Part shown: in pieces, positions 1 to 9,478 of the stretch
How positions within the stretch are numbered: position 1 is the first letter of the stretch
Layout: every line of letters begins with the position of its first letter
Assembly: GCA_965204375.1 (NCBI GenBank)
Contig: OZ241986.1
Coordinates: 5,984,001-6,048,000, forward strand
Length of the DNA stretch: 64,000 bases
Direction: 5' to 3'
Origin: Candidatus Latescibacterota bacterium
GTDB taxonomy: Bacteria > Latescibacterota > UBA2968
The notes under the pieces: model-generated
Seen by the model: the letters and a program-made list of their open reading frames with translations, nothing else
Told to the model about the DNA's origin: nothing
Database searches by the model: none
Position numbers and translations under genes: made by a program

Positions 1-1820
1 CAATCGTGTAGCCCTATATGTGTTAGCAACCAATCAATTTTGTCGTCTGCTGTCAGGTCTTCGCGTTTGGATACCCCATGCACCGCCAACCGGCGTAGCA
101 GTGGTGCATCTGAATCCACAAGTCGGTCGCACCACTGCGCCGCAGTTTCTGCTTGATTCGAGGCCAACCATTCGAGGCAGTCGCGGGCTATATCAATCAA
201 CAGGTCAATCGGTTTAGGATAATTGTCCTGGTCGTGCGGCTCAATGGCCGAGCGTCTATGGCTCGCACGTTCATAATCGCGGTTTGCCTTTTGCCAGGCG
301 TGCGATGTGAGGTACTGTTCTTTTAGACGCCTGATAACCAGATCAAGTAAAGGTTCGGCTATTTGAGATAATTTTGGCTTCAGACCGCCCTCCCACAGTC
401 TTTCTAAGTAGAAGTGGTCTATCAGCAGCAATTCCACATCGACAGAAGAACTCTCATTATCTTCATCATCATCAGGCCAGATGAAGTCTTTCTTGATTAT
501 TAGGCGGCTGCTCGCCATTGCATCGAAAACCTGCAACAGACTGTCTAACATTCCCTGCTTAATACAATGTTCTCCCAGCCATAACAGATGATCGGTGCTT
601 ACATCATCATGAACGGTAGCAAGAAAAAGTGAAATCCAGCGGGATGAAATGTCCTTATCCAGCGGAGTTTCCTCCCTCCCAATAGTCCAACCCAGAGCAT
701 CCCAGAAATGCGGATTCAGACGCATATTGTGCTTACCAATCAGCAGGAATAACTTATCCGCCTGATCGCATGCGAAGTTCTCTGCCAACCACCGGGACAA
801 GTCTCGATCTCTATCGTTGAGAGTGCCATCCTCAAACAGCGCATTTAAAATCTCGCGCTTATCAAGCCAATCAATCCATTTCGGATCTGATGCCGCTTTT
901 GTGAAGAATCGGGTCCTTGTAGCATCCCCAAGTGCATCCTCAATGAGATCTGCGGTTTCTTCGTCAAGAGGTGGTGTTTTTTCCGCGATTGCGGTAATCT
1001 CGCGGTGCCAGCCAAGGACATCGCGTCTGACATATTCGGCCATACGGCGGACGCCCTCGTATAGTGCGCTATAATCGTGATTGTCTGATTGTGGATAGCT
1101 GATAGGTTCGATCCCGAGTACGTCCCAACGGTCTGCGTTATCGATCTTGTCACCGATTAAAGCAAAACGCCGGTCAATTTCGCCTACTGGAAGGGCACGC
1201 GCCAGATAATTCATAATGGTATCATCGTGGCTATAGCCTACAAAAAGAACTGTGAAAGAAGAGAATAAATCGCCAAGAAAACGCCGTGCCCATCCCTCAG
1301 TCAGATAGGCACGACCAAAATCTGCGTCCGTAATCACCATCTCATCAGAATGACTGACTGCGCCGTGTACGTGGACGATGCCGTTGAACTGATGCCCCAG
1401 GGGCAATGCGGGTGACCGAAATACCTCGGGCTGGCTATCGTTGAAAACACCTTCTGCCGCTTGCTCGAACAAAAGGTCGAAATTCGTAGTAACGATGCGA
1501 ACTTGCCCGGTATTGGAATAGAGCCGTAGAAGATTCCGGTGCAGATCAGTAGCTTTCAGACCTGGTGGTGATAGCTCTTTTACGGCGCGGACGTGGACAT
1601 TTACTCCATCATGTTGCAATCGTCCAAGGAAACGATCTATCTGCTCTCCGTCCTGCAAAGTTTTGTCGGTTCCTTTCGCGATTCTATTCGCTAAGTCTTC
1701 GAAATTCGGAAGGCAAGCAGGCTCACCCATCGAAACGCCAGCCCCAGCGAAAACCACCAGTTCACCGTCGCGCAAGGCATTTAACAGTGGTTTGGGAAAG
1801 TCAATATTTGCAATTTTCAT
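1..1820 (-). CDS. SIR2-domain protein with long C-terminal region (Dsr1/SIR2-DUF4020-like), partial, runs off the left edge
   Basis: Not in the ORF track because there is no stop in the window. Hand translation from ATG 1820 gives MKIANIDFPKPLLNALRDGELVVFAGAGVSMG...RIVTTNFDLLFE...IVHVHGAV...DFGRAYLTEGWARRFL...VLFVGYSHDD, which are SIR2_2 motifs. The same frame is still open at the window start (...DDKIDWLLTHIGLHD). Confidence 0.88.
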   Translation of the reverse strand, partial: MKIANIDFPKPLLNALRDGELVVFAGAGVSMGEPACLPNFEDLANRIAKGTDKTLQDGEQIDRFLGRLQHDGVNVHVRAVKELSPPGLKATDLHRNLLRLYSNTGQVRIVTTNFDLLFEQAAEGVFNDSQPEVFRSPALPLGHQFNGIVHVHGAVSHSDEMVITDADFGRAYLTEGWARRFLGDLFSSFTVLFVGYSHDDTIMNYLARALPVGEIDRRFALIGDKIDNADRWDVLGIEPISYPQSDNHDYSALYEGVRRMAEYVRRDVLGWHREITAIAEKTPPLDEETADLIEDALGDATRTRFFTKAASDPKWIDWLDKREILNALFEDGTLNDRDRDLSRWLAENFACDQADKLFLLIGKHNMRLNPHFWDALGWTIGREETPLDKDISSRWISLFLATVHDDVSTDHLLWLGEHCIKQGMLDSLLQVFDAMASSRLIIKKDFIWPDDDEDNESSSVDVELLLIDHFYLERLWEGGLKPKLSQIAEPLLDLVIRRLKEQYLTSHAWQKANRDYERASHRRSAIEPHDQDNYPKPIDLLIDIARDCLEWLASNQAETAAQWCDRLVDSDAPLLRRLAVHGVSKREDLTADDKIDWLLTHIGLHD

Positions 1821-1854
1821 GTCGGTAGTATCCGTATAAGTGTAAAAGGGCGAA

Positions 1855-1965
1855 ACGGATTAAAACCTCATTCTCCGCATACTTTCCAACCTCCTCATAA
1901 TCTCCAACCCCTAATCCGCGTAATCTGCGTAATCTACTAAATCCGCGATCCAGACAGTTTCCACC
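1855..1965. repeat. Intergenic repeat copy A (truncated), upstream of the SIR2 gene
   Basis: acggat..aacctcattctccgca..ctaatccgcg..cgtaatct..atccgcgatccagac-agtttccacc aligns with 3065-3158. Confidence 0.85.
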
Positions 1966-2038
1966 GCCGCAATTTCTGCCGCCGTCAGTCAGTACAATGC
2001 ACTTTGATCTATCTCCCCTTCCTACTCGCTGGTGTCCG

Positions 2039-3016
2039 TCACCCTTGCGTCAGCATCGCCGCGATGTCTTCTGGCAACTTCACAGCATATATCCGCTCAA
2101 ATTCCGCCACATTATTATGTAATTCACGAAATATCGAAATAATATCTACGCCCATGTATTTGGCAATGGTCAGGTCTGATCTGGCGTTATTCCAATTTCT
2201 CAAGTGTAACGAAGTTACCCCGCGAATGTTATAAATTTTGGCATTATTCGGTTCCAACTCAATCACCTTGTTATAGTCTTTAATGGCACGGTCATAATCG
2301 CCTTTTCCGTAGTAAACAATACCGCGCATTTGATATGCTTCGGCAAAATCTGGTTTCAATTCTATGGCCTTGCTGTAGTCCCTGATAGCGCGGTCAAGCT
2401 CGCCTTCTCCGTGATAAGCTCTGCCGCGATTGTAATAGGCAACGGGATAGCGCGGGTTGCGTTTAATTACATGTGAGTAGGCTTCTATCGCCTTGTCGAT
2501 TTGTCCTATCATCATCAGGAAGTTACCCTGTTGAAATATCCATTCAGGTAATGCTTCTTGATGAGCACTATCAAATGCCTGAGTTTGCATTTCGCCAACG
2601 ACTTTTCGGATACCATCCACCACATTTTGCCAGCCTTTGCTCTCAGGTTGCCATTCGTTAATGGATTTGCCTTTGTCGGGGAGAGCCTCAATGGCTCCGA
2701 GTTGATGCTTTTGCCAATCGCAATCCTCAAGGATAATGGGGATGACTTTTTTATCGACATCTAATGCTTCGCCCAATTCCTTATTGCAGTTTTCAGAGGC
2801 AAGACTCGAAGCGGAGACGAGGTAGAGCAGAATGTCCGAATCGGCAAGGTTGTTGGAAATATCCTCATACCACTTGTCACCGGGGAGGATTTCGTTATCG
2901 TGCCAAATCTTTATCATATCTTGTTTTTTCATTACATCAAGGCGCATTATTAATTCATTCTTTGCTGCTTTATCCTTATGCGAATAGGTAATGAATATCT
3001 TGAGTGGTTTGCTCAT
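2039..3016 (-). CDS. TIR domain + tetratricopeptide repeat protein
   Basis: Likely start MSKPLKIFITYSHKDK at 3016 (AAGGAG upstream). TIR_2 motifs IWHDNEILPGDKW, LVSASSLASENCNKEL and VIPIILEDCDW. About 4 TPRs follow (AYYNRGRAY..AIRDYSKAIELKPDFAEAY). Confidence 0.9.
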   Translation of the reverse strand: MSKPLKIFITYSHKDKAAKNELIMRLDVMKKQDMIKIWHDNEILPGDKWYEDISNNLADSDILLYLVSASSLASENCNKELGEALDVDKKVIPIILEDCDWQKHQLGAIEALPDKGKSINEWQPESKGWQNVVDGIRKVVGEMQTQAFDSAHQEALPEWIFQQGNFLMMIGQIDKAIEAYSHVIKRNPRYPVAYYNRGRAYHGEGELDRAIRDYSKAIELKPDFAEAYQMRGIVYYGKGDYDRAIKDYNKVIELEPNNAKIYNIRGVTSLHLRNWNNARSDLTIAKYMGVDIISIFRELHNNVAEFERIYAVKLPEDIAAMLTQG

Positions 3017-3033
3017 TCTCTTTTCTCCTTTTT

Positions 3034-3158
3034 GATCGCGGATTAGCGCGGATGAAAGGATTTCACGGATCACAACCTCATTCTCCGCACTATTTCCAAT
3101 TCCTAATCCGCGTCTTCCGCGTAATCTGCTTCATCCGCGATCCAGACCAGTTTCCACC
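3034..3158. repeat. Intergenic repeat copy B with imperfect inverted arms (cggat/atccg periodic REP-like element), upstream of TIR-TPR
   Basis: gatcgcggattagcgcggatgaaaggatttcacggat (3034-3070) pairs imperfectly with atccgcgtcttccgcgtaatctgcttcatccgcgatc (3106-3142). Direct repeat of 1855-1965. Confidence 0.8.
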
Positions 3159-3321
3159 TCACCAACATAATATACCCACATTCCGAAAGAGTAGCCTTGC
3201 CTTTTTCAAATTCCGTCTTATTTTGCATAAAGCCTTAAGTGCGGAATAAAAAAGAAACGTTTGCCATTATAAATCACTTTATCGATGCTGATATCGATAT
3301 TCATATTTCGGAGGGAAGAAG

Positions 3322-4536
3322 ATGAATCCACTTGAAGTACGTTTGAACCAATTAGAGATGCGCGTAACGCGCTACCGCAATTTCAATATCTTGTTGTGTC
3401 TACTGCTGGTGGCAAGTGTCACGGTTGCTGCAACGGATGGTATATCGCCATTTCAGGCGAAATCAGCGCTTAATCCCATCCCAATGCCCAAAGGCAACGT
3501 CGGAGTTCCCGATTTACCAAAAGAAGATATACCTGCTGCGAGGTATCCAGATGCACATAGAGCGGGCAAAGTGGCGGCACAGACGTACGATGTGATTCGT
3601 ACAAAGGAATTGCAGATTGTAAACGATGCAGGAGAGAGGGTTATTCATATGATGGGTTCCATCGCCCCTGGTATTAGTTGGGTCAGGTTCGAGGATGCTG
3701 TTATCAGGGTTGAAGGTTTAATCTCTGTCGAAGGTTCAATCTCTGTCACTGATGATTCAGTTCCATCAAAAAAATTGGTTTACATTGGCTCGTCAGCCTC
3801 AAGCGGCGATGGATTGGTATTGATCAATTCAAAAGAAGAAAAGAACCTGATTGAACTGGGATCAAATTTTGAGACTGGAGATGGTCTCATCAATATCAGA
3901 AACAGAAATGAAGAGAGTTTGATTAGTTTGAATACGAGCGAGAGGTCTGGCTGGATAAGAATAGACAAAACTGGAAAGGAAAATTTGGCGTATCTGGGTG
4001 CAAGTACTTTGGGTAATGGACTTTTGAGTTTGAGTAACAAATCGGGAAAAGATATGGTGTCTATGTTTGCAGAGGATATGTCTGGTCATCTACAACTGTG
4101 GAATAACAACGACAAGACGATTGCTTATTTGGGGACATATTCTGACTATTTGGGGACACATTCTGATGGAAGCGGGGTCTTGGAAATCTTCTCCAAAACA
4201 GGTACAGAACTTATTACTGCAGGTTCAAACACAGCCGATAATGGATTGATCAGGGTAAGTAATAGCTATGGCACTCTCGGTGTTTGGATCGTTGGCGCAA
4301 ACGAACAGGGATACGTTGGAATACAGGATAACCGGGATCGACTTATTGCAGAACTTACAGCGACAGCAGGCGGCAATGGGCTTGTTCGTACATTATCCCC
4401 AGAGGGTATCACGACCTGGTCAAGCAATTCTGTTCAAGTCAACACGGGTTCATCCTTAAGGGGTGATATGGACAATGATGGCGATATTGATGGCGACGAT
4501 TTTCTCATCTTCTCTGAAAACTTCGGCAAAAGGTAA
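3322..4536 (+). CDS. Exported/membrane-anchored beta-repeat protein with C-terminal dockerin-like EF-hand motif
   Basis: RBS GGAGG. N-terminal coiled segment then a hydrophobic helix; about 9 Gly-rich ~22-aa beta-hairpin repeats; ends GDMDNDGDIDGDDFLIFSENFG. Confidence 0.8.
   Translation: MNPLEVRLNQLEMRVTRYRNFNILLCLLLVASVTVAATDGISPFQAKSALNPIPMPKGNVGVPDLPKEDIPAARYPDAHRAGKVAAQTYDVIRTKELQIVNDAGERVIHMMGSIAPGISWVRFEDAVIRVEGLISVEGSISVTDDSVPSKKLVYIGSSASSGDGLVLINSKEEKNLIELGSNFETGDGLINIRNRNEESLISLNTSERSGWIRIDKTGKENLAYLGASTLGNGLLSLSNKSGKDMVSMFAEDMSGHLQLWNNNDKTIAYLGTYSDYLGTHSDGSGVLEIFSKTGTELITAGSNTADNGLIRVSNSYGTLGVWIVGANEQGYVGIQDNRDRLIAELTATAGGNGLVRTLSPEGITTWSSNSVQVNTGSSLRGDMDNDGDIDGDDFLIFSENFGKR
4126..4167 (+). 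repeat. 21-bp in-frame tandem duplication (YLGTYSD/YLGTHSD)
   Basis: tatttggggacatattctgac / tatttggggacacattctgat. Confidence 0.85.
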
Positions 4537-4539
4537 TGG

Positions 4540-7425
4540 GTGATGGTTTCCTTTTTGAAGCGATTAGGTGTCTCTGCGCTCGTTCTGATTTTTTATAATA
4601 CTGTGGTTTTTGGAGCACCTCCAGTTGAGTACGAAAAGGTAGATCATCCCCCGAAGTTGGAAGGCGTGCTGGCTCGGATTCAAAAGAACTGGGTGGCGCA
4701 AAAACGGGCGTTGGCCAAGGCGACGGCACGACAATATGGTGCAGCAGCTATTGAAGGCGAAAATATTATTGTAGTATTGGAGCCGCGCCCTGGGAGGCTT
4801 GCGGAAAGTATTGATTTTGGGGCGTTGTCCAGTTTGGGCGTCAGGGTTGTTGCTCAATCGCGGCATTTGGTTGAGGTGTCTGCGCCCATAGCCGCGCTTG
4901 AAAAGTTGACACAGGTGGATGGCGTACAATTTGTGCGATTGCCCATAGAGCCAAAACCGCTCGTTGTCAGCGAGGGCGTGGAGCGCATCAAAGCACAGGT
5001 TTATTCGCGCAGTGGTTTTACCGGGCGCGACGTAAAAGTCGGAGTCATTGACATCGGGTTTGTCGGAGTGCCATCCCTGCAAAATCGAGGCGAATTGCCG
5101 CCCAATCTGTCTTACCGAGATTTTACAGGAGAAGGGATTTTTCAACAAGGTCGTCTTTCTGAAAGCGCAAAGGTGCATGGGGCGGCTTGTGCTGAAATTG
5201 TTCACGACATCGCTCCGGATGCTGAAATTTATCTTTATAAAGTAAGCGGTATGGTTAGTTTGGAAAACGCTAAGGATGCGGCAATTCAGGAGGGCGTTGA
5301 CATTGTCACGGTATCTTTGGGATGGGATTTCGCCAGAGGTTTTGGCGATGGAACAGGTATTGCGTGTGAAATTGTAGATGATGCTTTTCAGAATAATGTT
5401 TTGTGGGTGAATGCAGCGGGAAACGAGGCCCAAAGCAAGATCTCTGCACTGTTAAGTGACCCGGATGATGATGGATTTCATAACTTTGATGGAGACAATG
5501 AAATCGTCAACTTAAAAAATGTCCAAGTAGGAGAAAGAGTAAGCGCAGTGTTGACCTGGAATGAATGGCCTCTCACGTCTCACGACTACGATCTTTTGCT
5601 CGTAAAAATCAGGGTAGATGGCAGTACCGAGGTTGTTGCGCGTGCAGATACCAAACAACATCAGTCACAGCCTTTCGAAGGTCTTGTTTATACGATTCAA
5701 GAATCGGGAACCTATGGTTTGGCAATTTGGAGAGCACCGGACGCCAAAGTTACTCTTTTTAAATTGTTCAGTACAACCCATGCGCTCGACGGACCTGTAT
5801 CCATTGCAGGGTCATTGACGATACCGGGGGATGCGCGTGGTGCGCTGACTGTGGGAGCATTGCATCATTGGCAATGGACGACAGGGCCTATTGCGGAGTA
5901 CAGTTCTCAAGGGCCTACGTTTGATGGGCGAATTAAACCGGATTTGGTTGCACCTGCTGGCGTTAGTACCATAAGCTATAGCCCCGAGCTATACTTTGGA
6001 ACATCAGCGGCGACGCCCCATGTCGCCGGGGCGGCAGCACTCTTAAAATCTGCGGATCCCGTTCACTATAATGCGCGAAATTTGTATGACGCGCTGGTGC
6101 AATCTGTGGTTGATATGGGGGTTGCTGGACGGGATAATGTCTATGGCTATGGGAGGTTGGAGTTGTCTCTGCTTCCAGTGGGTACGCCCATCATGAATAT
6201 TTCGCGCACTGCGCTCGATTTTGGTGCGGTCTTATTGGGGTCATCCCAAACTCTTAACCTTGGAATTGTCAACACGGGTCAGGCGTCATTGGTTATTACA
6301 AATATCCTGTTGCCGTCCAGTGATTACAGCCTTTCTCAATCTTTTCATACCGTTGCACCGGGTCGTAGCAAACAGATTTCTGTCACTTTTGCTCCCCAAA
6401 GTGTGGGCGATAAATCTGGCAACATGACCATTTTGAGCAATTTACCGCAGGCCACTGTGACATTACGAGCACAAGGCGTTCGACAACCTGTTGTTCCCGT
6501 TCCGCAAATATCGATCAATGCTTCTCAGCGCGATTTTGGTAGTGTTGAAGTCGGTAGTTCAAAGTCCATGACTGTGACTGTTACAAATTTTGGAGATGCT
6601 TCCCTGTCAATTACAGATATTACTGTTAGTGATGCACAGGTGAGTGTTACGCCCAAACAATTTGTGATTCCCGCAAAGCAAAACGGCTTTTTTACGCTTC
6701 GGTTTGAGCCTAACAGAGCTGGAGATTTATCAGCGCGTGTGACCATTTATAGTAACGATTCCAAAACGCCTGCTGTCGGTTTCCCGGTTGTTGGAAAGGG
6801 GCTTCAATCTCAAACGACTTCCTTTACATTATCTCTTGTAACAAATGCGTCTGAAAATCAGGGTGTGTATGTCACGCCTTCGGATGGTATGATTGCTGTC
6901 GAAATTCACGGACAGCAGGTTGTGGATGCAATTGGGTTTCGCGCTTTGTTTGATTTTGATGCACCATTGTTGGCTTACGAGGGTTTTGATATTGGAGATG
7001 GTATTCCAAATGGACACTCGCCAGGGCCTTATTATCCTCCCAATCCTTCTTCTGTTGAAGTGATGGCAGCGTCATTTGGTGAGAAAATTGCACAGGAGTC
7101 AGTGAGGCTTGGCACGATACGTTTTCGCGTTTCGGATACGTTTCAGACGGGGCAAATACGACTGCGATATGCACGTATTCGACGGTCTGGACAATTTGAA
7201 GCCTTTGCCAATCCTGTGGTCTTAAGGTTTTCGCAACAGGGGACACTGAGGGCAGACTTTGATGGCGATGGTACAGTAGGGATAAGTGATTTTCTCCTCT
7301 TCACATCTCATTTTGGTTACGCAGTTGGTCACGCAAACTACGATGCACGATATGATCTGGATGGTGATGGACAGATTGGTATTGGAGATTTTTTGATCTT
7401 TACCCAGGAGTTTGGGCAGTCTTAA
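4540..7425 (+). CDS. Secreted S8 (subtilisin-like) serine protease with two ASH/choice-of-anchor-D Ig domains, a cohesin-like domain and a dockerin-like C-terminus
   Basis: Signal peptide. Triad VGVIDIG / HGAACAE / GTSAATPHVAG, oxyanion NAAGN, KPDLVAP. Two LDFGxV..NxG..L.I repeats; C-terminal ADFDGDGTVGISDFLLF..YDLDGDGQIGIGDFLIF. Confidence 0.92.
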   Translation: MMVSFLKRLGVSALVLIFYNTVVFGAPPVEYEKVDHPPKLEGVLARIQKNWVAQKRALAKATARQYGAAAIEGENIIVVLEPRPGRLAESIDFGALSSLGVRVVAQSRHLVEVSAPIAALEKLTQVDGVQFVRLPIEPKPLVVSEGVERIKAQVYSRSGFTGRDVKVGVIDIGFVGVPSLQNRGELPPNLSYRDFTGEGIFQQGRLSESAKVHGAACAEIVHDIAPDAEIYLYKVSGMVSLENAKDAAIQEGVDIVTVSLGWDFARGFGDGTGIACEIVDDAFQNNVLWVNAAGNEAQSKISALLSDPDDDGFHNFDGDNEIVNLKNVQVGERVSAVLTWNEWPLTSHDYDLLLVKIRVDGSTEVVARADTKQHQSQPFEGLVYTIQESGTYGLAIWRAPDAKVTLFKLFSTTHALDGPVSIAGSLTIPGDARGALTVGALHHWQWTTGPIAEYSSQGPTFDGRIKPDLVAPAGVSTISYSPELYFGTSAATPHVAGAAALLKSADPVHYNARNLYDALVQSVVDMGVAGRDNVYGYGRLELSLLPVGTPIMNISRTALDFGAVLLGSSQTLNLGIVNTGQASLVITNILLPSSDYSLSQSFHTVAPGRSKQISVTFAPQSVGDKSGNMTILSNLPQATVTLRAQGVRQPVVPVPQISINASQRDFGSVEVGSSKSMTVTVTNFGDASLSITDITVSDAQVSVTPKQFVIPAKQNGFFTLRFEPNRAGDLSARVTIYSNDSKTPAVGFPVVGKGLQSQTTSFTLSLVTNASENQGVYVTPSDGMIAVEIHGQQVVDAIGFRALFDFDAPLLAYEGFDIGDGIPNGHSPGPYYPPNPSSVEVMAASFGEKIAQESVRLGTIRFRVSDTFQTGQIRLRYARIRRSGQFEAFANPVVLRFSQQGTLRADFDGDGTVGISDFLLFTSHFGYAVGHANYDARYDLDGDGQIGIGDFLIFTQEFGQS

Positions 7426-7431
7426 AAAAGG

Positions 7432-9402
7432 TTGAATTTGAAAAGTACGATTCTATCAAAAGTGACGCGGCGGTCGCTTGTAATCGGTCTGATCATGGCG
7501 GCGTGGGTCAATTTTTGGCCTGTGTACGCGAGTCTGGTGCTGCATTCCACGCGTGCTGATCACGCGCATTTGTCCGTGGCTCTGCTCATCCCGTATTTGT
7601 TTTTGCTGGTGGGCAATCTGTTTCTGGGGCGGCGTGGTTTGTCGCCATCTGAATTGTTGGTCGTGTGTTGTATAGGCATAGTGGCTGCGTGTATGCAAGG
7701 GGAGTGGTTGTCGAATTATTTTCTCGAAGCGCTTACTATGCCGCACTATTTTGCGTCGGCAGAGAACCGATGGGGCGAATTGTTGTTGCCGCATTTGCCG
7801 GGGTGGGCTGTGGTAAATGACCGCGAGGCTGTGACGCATTTTTACGAGGGATTGCCGCCTGGGGAGGGGTTTCCATGGCGTTTGTGGATTGCCCCACTGT
7901 TCTGGTGGGGCACTTTTTTGGGTGCTATACTGGGTGTTAATCTCTGCTTGAGCGTGATTTTGCGAAAGCAGTGGGTGGCGCACGAGCGGCTGGCATTTCC
8001 CGTGGCGCGCGCGCTTTTGGAACTGACGGGTGTGTCTGGAACGCGCGGCACACTTTCATCTCTGGTGCGGTCGCGTTTTTTTCTGGTGGGGTTTGCGATC
8101 ACCTTTCTGCTTATTTGCTGGTTTATGCTCACCTGGTTTTATGTGGCTGTGCCGCCGCCGCCCATTTTGAGTGGGAATTTTGCGTCTAAATTGTTGCCTC
8201 TTGCGCGGGGTTTTCCGCCTTTTCAGTTTCGGTTCAGTATTTTGACACTGGTGTTTGGCTATTTCACAAATCTGGAAGTGCTGTTTTCAATCTGGTTTTT
8301 TCATGTGCTGGCTATTGTGCAGGCGGGGGTGTTTAATCGCTTTGGTCTGGAAGTGGGGAGTGTGGATCCGTGGGGGTCTTTTCACGCGGCGGTGGGGTGG
8401 CAGAGTTTTGGGGGGATGATCGTTTTTGTCGGCTGGGGTCTGTGGATTGCGCGGTCGCATTTGCGGGATGTTTTTCGCAAAGCGTTCTGGGGTGATGATC
8501 GCGTGGATGATACCGGGGAGTTGATGTCGTATCGGACCTCTGTATGGATGATGCTGGGCTGCTCTGCATATCTTCTGTTGTGGTTGAAGAGCGCGGGTAT
8601 GGCCTGGGGACCCATTTTGGCATTTTATTTTGCTACGCTGGTCTTGTATTTGGGATTGGCGCGGATTATGGTGGAGAGCGGGCTTATTTTTTTGCGCGGG
8701 CCGATCACGGCGCAGGCTTTTACCTGGCATTTGTTCGGCGTTTTGGGCATGGGTCCGGGTAGTGCGGTGATTTTGACGCTGACCAATGCGTTTGCATGCG
8801 ATGCCAAGACGTTTGCGATGACGCCTATGGCGCATGTGCCGAGGTTGGGGATGGCGATAAATAGCAGGTTGCGCAAAGTGCTCGCGCCGGGCGTGATGTT
8901 GGGGGCGTTGATTGGGACTGTGACGGCGGTGGGGTTTATTTTGTATTATGGCTATTATGTGATGGGGAGTTACAATTTTGGAACTGTGAGTTTTCGGGGC
9001 ATTGGGGCGCTGAATCTGGCGGGGTTTAACCAACTCGCCGTGGGGCGCATTCAAGCCGGGACAATGGGCACGAGTTGGGATCGCATCGGTTTTTTGGGGA
9101 TTGGTGCCGCATTTACGGGATTGTTGTTTTTCTTGCGGTATCGGTTTCCGGGGTTTCCGCTTCATCCGATTGGGTTTACAATTTCGGCTTCTGCACCGCT
9201 TCGCAATACGACGCTGACGATTTTTATGGTTTGGGCTTTGAAGACGATTGTGTTGCGCCTTGGCGGCTTGGAGCGCTATCGCAGGTTGACACCGCTTTTT
9301 CTGGGGATGATGGTCGCTTATATGGCTGGTACGGCAATCGGTGTTGTTGTGGATTGGATCTGGTTCCACGGGCAGGGGCATATGATCCATGTTGCGTGGT
9401 GA
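7432..9402 (+). CDS. Polytopic membrane protein, DUF6785/DUF6784-like (putative peptide transporter)
   Basis: Many TM helices; motifs ILRKQWVAHERLAFP and LRYRFPGFPLHPIGF are typical of this family. Confidence 0.8.
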   Translation: MNLKSTILSKVTRRSLVIGLIMAAWVNFWPVYASLVLHSTRADHAHLSVALLIPYLFLLVGNLFLGRRGLSPSELLVVCCIGIVAACMQGEWLSNYFLEALTMPHYFASAENRWGELLLPHLPGWAVVNDREAVTHFYEGLPPGEGFPWRLWIAPLFWWGTFLGAILGVNLCLSVILRKQWVAHERLAFPVARALLELTGVSGTRGTLSSLVRSRFFLVGFAITFLLICWFMLTWFYVAVPPPPILSGNFASKLLPLARGFPPFQFRFSILTLVFGYFTNLEVLFSIWFFHVLAIVQAGVFNRFGLEVGSVDPWGSFHAAVGWQSFGGMIVFVGWGLWIARSHLRDVFRKAFWGDDRVDDTGELMSYRTSVWMMLGCSAYLLLWLKSAGMAWGPILAFYFATLVLYLGLARIMVESGLIFLRGPITAQAFTWHLFGVLGMGPGSAVILTLTNAFACDAKTFAMTPMAHVPRLGMAINSRLRKVLAPGVMLGALIGTVTAVGFILYYGYYVMGSYNFGTVSFRGIGALNLAGFNQLAVGRIQAGTMGTSWDRIGFLGIGAAFTGLLFFLRYRFPGFPLHPIGFTISASAPLRNTTLTIFMVWALKTIVLRLGGLERYRRLTPLFLGMMVAYMAGTAIGVVVDWIWFHGQGHMIHVAW

Positions 9403-9405
9403 GTG

Positions 9406-9478
9406 GACGAATAGACGAATAGACGAATAGACGAATAGACGGAGCGGGGTACAACTGGTTCAGGCCAGTTCATCAACG
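9406..9478. repeat. (GACGAATA)x4 plus REP-like unit cggggtacaactgg..caggccagttcatcaacg
   Basis: Read directly; the second copy is at 21771-21881. Confidence 0.85.

Noticed and set aside
1-3016. Canonical Thoeris (ThsA/ThsB)
   Set aside because: The SIR2 protein shows no recognisable SLOG/Macro domain and exceeds 600 aa; the TIR is fused to TPRs.
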